Source of the DNA: Eledone cirrhosa
Taxonomy: Eukaryota
Direction of reading: 5' to 3'
Length of the DNA: 64,000 nt
NCBI GenBank assembly: GCA_964016885.1
Contig: OZ024747.1
Span: 11,780,001-11,844,000 of the forward strand
Under the pieces are notes generated by a model that saw only the letters and a program-made list of their open reading frames with translations, searched no databases and was not told the origin of the DNA. Both the position numbers and the translations under genes were made by a program. Shown here in pieces: positions 55,259 through 64,000 of the stretch; positions within the stretch are counted from its first letter, which is position 1, and each line of letters starts with the position of its first letter.

Positions 55259-55494
55259 GTTAGTAATCTTCTCTTGTTGTTGTTGTTATTTATATTTAGG
55301 GTGATGGATTGGCAGAATCAGTAGAGTGTTGGACAATATGTACACAAAGAATGACAGATACTAATAAATTAATGCTGGAACATTTTCATAGGACACTTGA
55401 ATCCTAACTGCCATTGCTTTGGCAGAAATAGAAAATGAATTGAGTTCATTGTAAATTGCTTCCATCTTTAACACTGGAACTCTCTACTGGTGAT

Positions 55495-55915
55495 TAACTC
55501 TAAAAGTGGAACTCTCTGCTGGTGTCTATTTCTAAAAGTGGAACTCTCCACCGGTGTCCATCTCTAAAAGTGGAACTCTCTTCTGGCATCCATCTCTGAA
55601 AGTGGAACTCTCCACTGGTGTCCATCTCTAAAAGTGGAACTCTCCACTGGTGTCCATCTCTAAAACTGTGGAACTCTCTACTGGTGTCCATCTCTAAAAC
55701 TGTGGAACTCTCTACTGGTGTCCATCTCTAAAACTGTGGAACTCTCTACTGGCATCCATCTCTGAAAGTGGAACTCTCCACTGGTGTCCATCTCTAAAAG
55801 TGGAACTCTCTTCTGGCATCCATCTCTGAAAGTGGAACTCTCTACTGGTGTCCATCTCTAAAACTGTGGAACTCTCTACTGGTGTCCATCTCTAAAACTG
55901 TGGAACTCTATACTA
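55495..55915. repeat. ~33-35 bp minisatellite AAAGTGGAACTCTCTACTGGTGTCCATCTCT
   Basis: Direct. Confidence 0.92.
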
Positions 55916-55974
55916 ACTAAGGTAGACACAGGTCCAACAATTTGGAGGTTATGGGAAAGTCAATGATAGACCCT

Positions 55975-56085
55975 GGAAAAGTGAAAAGCAAAGTAGACTT
56001 CAGCAGGATTTGAACTCAGAATGTAAAGAGCAGGTCAAATACATAGCACAAAACATTTTGTCCGACACTCTACCAATCCTGCTGC
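55975..56085 (-). mobile_element. SINE head, same family as 43521
   Basis: rc: GCAGGATTGGTAGAGTGTCGGACAAAATG...TCTGAGTTCAAATCCTGCTGAAGTCTACTTTGC. Confidence 0.7.
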
Positions 56086-56522
56086 TACTGCTGCTGCTGT
56101 TTTCTAAATACTTTCTATGTTTGTTGTTGGTTTCTTTGTTGTTTGTTTTGTAATGCATTTGTTGTTGTTGTAGTTATTGTTGATGTTGGTGTTATTGTTA
56201 GTGTTGTAGTTGTTGGTGTGCGAGTGTTTAATTGTTGTAGTAGTAGTGGTTGTGGTAGTAGTGATAGTAGTGGTGGTAGTAATAGTAGTGGTGGTGGTGG
56301 TAGTAGTAGTAATAGTAGTGGTGGTTGTAGTAGTAATAGTAGTGGTGGTGGTTGTAGTAGTAATAGTGGTGGTGGTGGTAGTAGTAATAGTAGTGGTGGT
56401 GGTAGTAGTAATAGTAGTGGTGGTGGTAGTAGTAATAGTAGTGGTGGTGGTGGTTGTAGGAGTAGTAGTGGTGGTGTTGGTGGTAGTAGTAGGTGTGGTG
56501 GTTGTAATAGTAGTAATAATGA

Positions 56523-56568
<46 letters not shown>

Positions 56569-56910
56569 TTCTAGAAATTTGCTGATGTCGTGAGAAAAGA
56601 TCTTATCTGTGAAGCAAGAAAGTAAAATGGAGAGTAATTTCATGCCGGAACAACTGTGATCCCTTCACAAAATATTAATCCCACCAAAATTCCTCTTAAT
56701 TCCCATTAACAGTTATAGTCTCTATTGCTACATTTCCATGTTATTCATGTAGTCACTACCTCTTCTTCCTCCTACTACTACCACTATGATAATTCTTCCT
56801 CATCACCCTCCTCTTCCCTACACTATTCCACTTTATTTCTTCTTATTTTGATTGAAATTCTTCATTTTTCGGTGTCACTATATGTATGAGTATGTGTGTA
56901 TGTATATATA

Positions 56911-56975
<65 letters not shown>

Positions 56976-57053
56976 GGTAAAAAGAAACAAAACAAATGGC
57001 ACAGTACATGGAAGAAATATATTAGTTAAACACTTGAAATAGTAGGAAGAGTG

Positions 57054-57089
57054 TCTTAACGTTTCGGATACTAGTCCTTCATCAGAAGA
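57054..57089 (-). ncRNA. Minimal type-I hammerhead ribozyme (loopless palindromic stem III)
   Basis: rc: TCTT-CTGATGA-A-GGA(CTAGTA)TCC-GAAA-CGTT^AAGA. Confidence 0.7.
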
Positions 57090-57454
57090 TAGATTTAGAG
57101 ATAGAAGCTAAATAAAAAATAAAGAGTGATATGGAACGGAACGAGGGAAAATGAGGGGAAAAAATGGGGAAGAAAAAAAAACACATATCCAGTGAGCCAT
57201 CTTATATATATTGAAACAAATCTATAAAATAAGATTGATACATCTTCGGTCGTTTTCTCACTCACTCAATAATTTAATTAAGTCTTTATTATTAAGACAC
57301 CAGCCCAAGGAAATTAGAGTGGACACTTATATGTTAAATAGTGAGAAAAATGATTTCATGTGGGTAGAAAATTAGATTATCCAAGCCCCAGACCAATGCA
57401 TTAGTTTCTGTGACTCCATCAGCTAGCAGCAGTCCAAATGGAACTACCATGCAC

Positions 57455-57557
<103 letters not shown>

Positions 57558-57707
57558 CTTCCAACTTCTCTTTCCTGTTGAAGTACTAATGTCTGATACA
57601 ATGAGACACCCATATTTTCTCTTTCCTTTTCCCACAGACGTGAAACTAATAAGACTTTATGTAATCAATCCCCCTTTTTTAACCTTGAACTACATATATG
57701 ATATAAT

Positions 57708-57773
<66 letters not shown>

Positions 57774-57858
57774 TTATATATATATATATATATTTATATA
57801 CAATATTTATATACAATATAAATAATATTCAAAGAGTGTTTAAACTTTTAAACATTTA

Positions 57859-57910
57859 ATCACTTACAATCGTTTCATCCTAGCACAAGGCTGGATTCAT
57901 CAGAGTTGAT
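57859..57910 (-). ncRNA. Type-I hammerhead ribozyme
   Basis: rc: ATCAACT-CTGATGA-ATCCAGC(CTTGT)GCTAGGAT-GAAA-C(GATT)GTA^AGTGAT. Confidence 0.7.
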
Positions 57911-58289
57911 AACAAAAGTCAAACACAAATATAAGATCAAAACTTTGTCACAAGAACATTAGGAGGATACATAATATGGGAGGCTAGATAAACATAAGCA
58001 TCAAAATTTATATAAGGTAACAGAGGCGGAAAAATAATAAGAGAAGTTAATAAGAGAAGGCATGCAATTCAAATATAAATTTAAAAATACATCTTCCCCC
58101 ACAAAAAAACGATTTGTTCATGATGAGAGGCATACATGAACCAAGGTTCCACTGTATATATATGTAACGAACCTACGATAATGTGGTTTTGAATATATCA
58201 GCACAACAATGGTTCAGCCTATATTACAATACCTTACAGCAAAGTACACTAGTAACTTCTCACTGAAACAGTATTACTTTCCTCAACAG

Positions 58290-58334
58290 AATTACAATTA
58301 TATGGCTCCTCATAGAATAAGAGGTTGTATACAG
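58290..58334 (+). CDS. Candidate 45-nt in-frame cassette exon within an HDC intron
   Basis: ctttcctcaacag | NYNYMAPHRIRGCIQ | gtaagt; phase 0/0, no stop; no homology support. Confidence 0.3.
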
Positions 58335-58613
58335 GTAAGTGTATTTAACAGTGAAGATAATATATCTGGTATATATTGGTAATATATCTGGCAGAACCTA
58401 TTTATTCTTTTTTCTGTGTGTGACTTCTCTGGAATGGTTCTCACTGTTAATGCAAACAAACTATGGCCTGGTCTTATGGTGCTGGTATTTATATTTACCT
58501 CTCTAATACTTACTTTTACCTGTGGCCATGCTAGGGCACTGCCCATGTTAGTGGCAATGGTTTACACACTTTCATTCTTTCTCTTTATATATCTACTTGT
58601 CTGTATCTCTCGT

Positions 58614-58699
<86 letters not shown>

Positions 58700-58724
58700 A
58701 GCTACCTCTACACTATATATACAC

Positions 58725-59178
58725 CTGATACTATCTTTATTCCTATCTATATCTCTATAGTTTACTATATATAGGTCTGATTCTATCTTTTATTCCTATC
58801 TATATCTCTATAGTTTACTGTATATAGGTCTGATTCTATCTTTATTCCTATCTATATCTCTATAGTTTACTATATATAGGTCTGATACTATCTTTATTCC
58901 TATCTATATCTCTATAGTTTACTATATATAGGTCTGATACTATCTTTATTCCTATCTATATCTCTATAGTTTACTATATATAGGTCTGATTCTATCTTTA
59001 TTCCTATCTATATCTCTATAGTTTACTATATATAGGTCTGATTCTATCCTTATTCCTATCTATATCTCTATAGTTTACTATATATAGGTCTGATACTATC
59101 TTTTATTCCTATCTATATCTCTATAGTTTACTGTATATAGGTCTGATACTATCTTTATTCCTATCTATATCTCTATAT
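58725..59178. repeat. ~52-bp minisatellite TGATACTATCTTTATTCCTATCTATATCTCTATAGTTTACTATATATAGGTC
   Basis: Direct; further units at 59565-59618 and 60804-60857. Confidence 0.93.
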
Positions 59179-59550
59179 AAGTATGTATACATACATACAT
59201 ATATGTATACAGACGCACAGTAGTATGTATATATATACATACATGCACACATATATATATGTACGTATGGATTCACCAAACATTTATTATAATGCTCGGT
59301 GTGTTTGTAAACAAACATCCCGTATAAAGCCGCAGTGTCTAGCAACCACCGTTGCTCATTTGTTCAACACTGACAAAGGAACGCTGTACTAGTTTCAAGC
59401 TTGTTAGCTATCGTCAGCAACGTATACCTTCCTGCCTGGTGAATCCATACGTACATATATATATGTGTGCATGTATGTATATATATATATACATACTACT
59501 GTGCGTCTGTATACATATATGTATGTACGTACACATATTTATATTTAAGT
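59178..59550 (-). mobile_element. Penelope-like pLTR remnant with ~95-bp inverted flanks
   Basis: ~59180-59278 is the reverse complement of ~59438-59540; the core holds a hammerhead motif. Confidence 0.7.
59381..59423 (-). ncRNA. Minimal hammerhead motif (palindromic ACTAGT stem III)
   Basis: rc: ACGTTG-CTGACGA-TAGCTAACAAGCTT-GAAA-CTAGTA^CAGCGT. Confidence 0.68.
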
Positions 59551-59618
59551 AACAGCCGTACTAAGTTTACTATATATAGTTTACTATATATAGGTCTGAT
59601 ACTATCTTTATTCCTATC

Positions 59619-60803
59619 TGGCCAAGGTATTTGCGCTCACCCAGAAGTGGGCAGAGTGCAAACTATCCTTGAAAGATCAAGCGGAGGTGGCAAACACTTT
59701 CATAGCGTCCGTCATCTACTACTGCTTGACCGTCGTGCCTTGTCCCCGTGAACACCTCACCAAGATGGAACACATGCTCTTCCAGTTCCTTTGGAAGAAG
59801 CAGGCTCCACTGGTGAGGAGATCCGTCTGCTGTCAGCACCCTTATAACGGAGGGCTGGGAATGTCATGGCTGATGATGCGCTAGCATGCGCTGAGTCTAC
59901 GGCATCTACAGGTATTCCTCACCGACCCCCAACCGGTGTGGGCACCGTTTGTGAGACCGGCCTTCCCGCAACTTGTCTCGCTGACAGAGCTGCAGTCCTG
60001 GGTCAAGCGAAGACCGAAGAAGATGGATACCTGGCCCATTGAATGTGCTCAGGCACTCACAGTCCTCTGTCAAGTGGGCACGGCAATCAGTGGAGACTCC
60101 ACTTCGACATTCTATAGAGGGTTAGTACATCATAAGGGCGACGACGTGCTCGGAAAGACTCTAGGCGTTGAAGACGACAAACTCACCAGTCTGTTTGGTA
60201 GGACTTTCCGCCCGGGACCCATGGACAACTTCCAGAGGTCCCTGGCCTGGCAGTGCTACCGAGGAGCTCTACCAGTTCATGACAAGATCTACAGGCATGG
60301 ATGCCCCGGCAGGGATCCTTTCAAGAGGACGTGTCCAAGATGCGCGCAGGACATTGAAACCGTCCTACATGCAATTGTACACTGCCCGGGCGTAACCGAC
60401 CTGTGGAGCTATGCAGAACAACTGCTGTCGTGTATGGGACAAATCCAGTTGACTACCGAGTCCATAGTAAGATCAAACCGCCAGCCTCTTTCAAAAGCCA
60501 AAAAGAGGCGGTTTTCCTCTGTACAGTGGCTATGGTGAAAGAAGTTATATGGTGGACGAGATTGAGAGGACTGAGGACAGATGCCTTTCTCTCCAGACAA
60601 CAATTGATTCCCTTCTTTAAGTTTCACTTTAGAAGGAGAATCAGAGTGGAGAGAGAGGCACTGCACCCCAGTAAATTTACTGAAAGGTGGGTGAACGTGG
60701 CAAAAATGGTCCGAGTGATTGGGCCTTGTCTGTATATAAACCTGTAGGCTGAAGAAGAGAGCAAAAGGAAGAAAGGAGTACTTGCACAACATGCTCCTGA
60801 AGT
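59619..60803 (+). mobile_element. 5'-truncated L1/Tx1-clade LINE (ORF2 C-terminus, disrupted)
   Basis: FQFLWKK...V.RSVCCQHPYNGGLG, then the zf-RVT CPRC...ETVLHAIVHC motif and ...KEVIWWTR; stop at 59882 and a frameshift near 60470. Confidence 0.88.
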
Positions 60804-60863
60804 TGATACTATCTTTATTCCTATCGATATCTCTATAGTTTACTATATACAGGTCTGTGTAAG

Positions 60864-61780
60864 TTCTTGGGAGTTGAGCAAACAGGTGGCATCATTGTTC
60901 AGAAATATAGAAAATATTTCAAAATATTTTGGAAATTAGAACCCAGTTTTTATGGTAAAGTCCTGATGAAAACAATCAACTGGGAGGTAATTCCTGTAGC
61001 TGCTTACCTTATGAATGTCTACTGTATTTCAAGAAATGAATTAAAGGAACTTGATATGCTGATAAAGGGAGAGCTTAGGAACAAGATTAGGGAGACAATC
61101 TAGCAATGAAAAATTATATAGATATAGAGGAAAGGGATTAATGTGTTTACAGGCTGTATATGAGGAGAGAAAAGTGAGAGTGGTGTGTTATTTGATAAAA
61201 GTAGCAGGCTGCGAATGGCTCTGAGTAGCTCAGCAGTGAGAAACATCTATTTAAAGAGAAGCAAAAGAAGCTTTTGATGAAATGGGTTTAGACATCAAAT
61301 TCTCTGATTACCAAAGATATTTTGAAGGTGATGTCTTAGAAAAGGGCTGGAAGCTGTGTTGGGGGAAAATAAAATAAAAACAGCAGAAATAGAAGAAAAG
61401 ATTAGAAGGAAATACTAAGACAAGTATTTCAAATACAAGGGAGAAAGAGTAAAAAGTGTTAAAATACAATCTGGATCTGAGACAGACACCAGCAATACTT
61501 AACATGCAGTAACAAATGGTGGAGACTAAGGCATGAAAGACCAGTAGATGCCTGTCAACAGAGACAAACAGTATGAGAATTACATGGGAAGAAAAGGGCA
61601 AAGATTGTTAGACGAAAGAGTTGGAATTTTCCCCGGTATACACACATGGAAAATAACACTAGTAGACATTTCACATATATTATGAAGAGAACTTTCAATA
61701 CAATAGAACCAGCATCACCAAAAACAACACTGCATGTAGCCAAGACACACAGAGTTGTGCTCTTTAATGCAGTGACAGCA
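60864..61780 (+). mobile_element. Highly degraded R4/Dong-like non-LTR retrotransposon
   Basis: LGVEQ...MKTINWEVIPVAAYLMNV...ELKELDMLIKGELR and SNEKLY..RGKGL..LQAVYEERKVRVVCYL resemble the post-RT region of R4-clade elements. Confidence 0.55.
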
Positions 61781-62439
61781 CAAAATATAAGTCTAATGAG
61801 AATAATCTCTGACAACAAATTATAGCAAAATGACATTTGATGAAGAAAATATGAATTAATTTTTATTATTCTCATGTCTTTTAAACCTATTCTGTCTTCA
61901 CATTCTACAATCAAATTCGATTTTTTAAAATCTATTTTCTTTTTTTTTATTTCACTCATTCAATTCTTCTATCAACTGTGTCTCCTTTCATTCATTCAAT
62001 TCTTGAATCTATTTTCTCATTCCTTCACAACTTTCATTTAAATGTAGTTTACATTCATTCCTTCACAATTTTCATTTATACCATCTTTCAATGCTCTCAT
62101 TCCTTCACAACTTTCATTTAAATCTTTCCATTCTCTTCTTCACAACTTTCATTTAAATATTTTACACATTAGGCATGTCCTTTCCTGCTTTCATTCAATT
62201 ATTTCTTCCTATGTTTAAAATTAATTTATCAATCTATTCAGTTTTTCATTCATTGTTTTCATTCATTTCTGTTTTCTTTCATTATCTTTCAATTCCATTC
62301 TGTCTTTATAGGAATTTTTATCAGACATATTTTTCTGTCTGTCTCTCTCTCTCTTTGTCTCTCTCTGCCTCACAGTCACTCTCTGTCTCCCTATATCTCT
62401 CTCTCACTATATTTAAGTGATTATCAGCCTAATAGTCTC

Positions 62440-62779
62440 TCTCTCTCTCTTTCCCTAACTGTTTATCATTCTCTATCTCTCTATCTCTCTATCTATCACT
62501 ATATCTCTCTATCACTGTCTCTCTCTCTCTATCACACTATCTCTCTATCTTTCTATCTATCACTATCTCTCTCTATCACTGTCTCTCTCTCTCTATCACA
62601 CTATCTCTCTATCTTTCTATCTATCACTCTCTCTCTCTATCACTGTCTCTCTCTCTCTATCACACTATCTCTCTATCTTTCTATCTATCACTATCTCTCA
62701 GTAATTATCTGTCTGCCAGGCTATCAGTCTAACTTCCTCTCTATCTCTATCACACTATCTAACCATCACTCTCTACCCA

Positions 62780-62836
<57 letters not shown>

Positions 62837-62911
62837 CCATCACTACCTATCACTCTATCACACTATATCACTCTCTCTATCACACTATCTAACCATCTCT
62901 CTCTCTACCCA

Positions 62912-62942
<31 letters not shown>

Positions 62943-62947
62943 ACCCA

Positions 62948-62988
<41 letters not shown>

Positions 62989-62991
62989 CCA

Positions 62992-63050
<59 letters not shown>

Positions 63051-63053
63051 CCA

Positions 63054-63092
<39 letters not shown>

Positions 63093-63240
63093 CCATCACT
63101 CTCTCTCTCTCTCTCTACCCATCACTCTCTCTCTCTCTCTCTCTCCCCATCACTACCTATCACTTTATCACACTATATCACTCTCTCTATCATCACTATC
63201 TATCTCTCTCTACCCATCTCTCTCTCTCTCTCTCTCTCTC
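62440..63240. repeat. (CT)n / CTATCA / ACCCATCA compound array
   Basis: Direct. Confidence 0.92.
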
Positions 63241-64000
63241 TGTCAATATTTGTCTATCATTTCTTCCTTCCTTTCTATGTGTCACACATTTCTACCTGTC
63301 TAAATATCCGTTTTCCTCCCCCTCTCTTTATACCATATTTTATTTATTCCTTTCAGTCTTAATATTTTTTCATTTTCTCACTTATTCTTATCCTTCTTTC
63401 ATAACATTTTTTCTTTCTTTTTTTATATAAAACCATAATTGTATATATTTGTTTTTGTTTTTATCTGTTTTTATCTTTTTTTTGTCCTCTAAGTTTATCA
63501 TAATTTTTTCTTCAATTCCTTTCTCTCTCTCTCTCATCCATTTCTTTTCCCACTTTTTATCTATCCTTGCTTCCATCACGCCTCCTTTATTCTCTACATC
63601 ACAAACTTTTCAAACTTACCTTTCTCACCATTTTATTTCAATTTCTACTCTACTCCACTCCACCCAACTCCCCTCCATGCCACGCCACCTCCAAAACTAA
63701 CTTTTGTTTCTTTTTAAATTATTTAAAATTATTTTTAAAGTAATTTTTTTTTTGTATATGTGTAATTCAATTCAAAAGGATGTCACGTTTTGACCTTTCC
63801 AAAGCAACCCACTTCTTACTGACGTTGCCAAACCATCATCAAGGTGATCCAAGCAGCCCTCTGCTTACTGATACTGCCAACCACCATTTAAGGTGATATG
63901 TATTGAGCTAGTAACATTACAAGTTAAACATTTATAAATATGAAGCTTTTACAATATCTTTTTTAATAACTTCAAACTGTGCACAATTCTAGAGCAGCCG

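Noticed and set aside
57614-57665. Strong acceptor ...ttttcccacag as next HDC exon
   Set aside because: Phase-0 reading gives ACG TGA (immediate stop); no homology

Overview
AT-rich, microsatellite-saturated animal DNA whose repeat landscape resembles an octopus/coleoid cephalopod genome (inference). The long ORFs are almost all tandem-repeat translations. The only host-gene sequence I can support is two + strand, phase-0 exons of a histidine decarboxylase (HDC; 47682-47795 and 55136-55258), which the ORF track catches only partly. The rest is intronic or intergenic: about 20 tandem arrays, RTE, CR1-like, L1/Tx1 and R4-like LINE remnants, tRNA-derived SINEs, a non-autonomous Helitron, piggyBac- and pogo-type MITEs, and a 200-N gap. 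The most notable unannotated signal is a set of minimal type-I hammerhead ribozyme motifs from at least 4 sequence families, mostly within Penelope-like fold-back elements, including a spacerless hairpin with a hammerhead on each strand. Also noted: a candidate 45-nt in-frame HDC cassette exon, a 1.67-kb near-perfect palindrome and a SINE/LINE shared 3' tail. All alignments were made by eye; no database searches were run.
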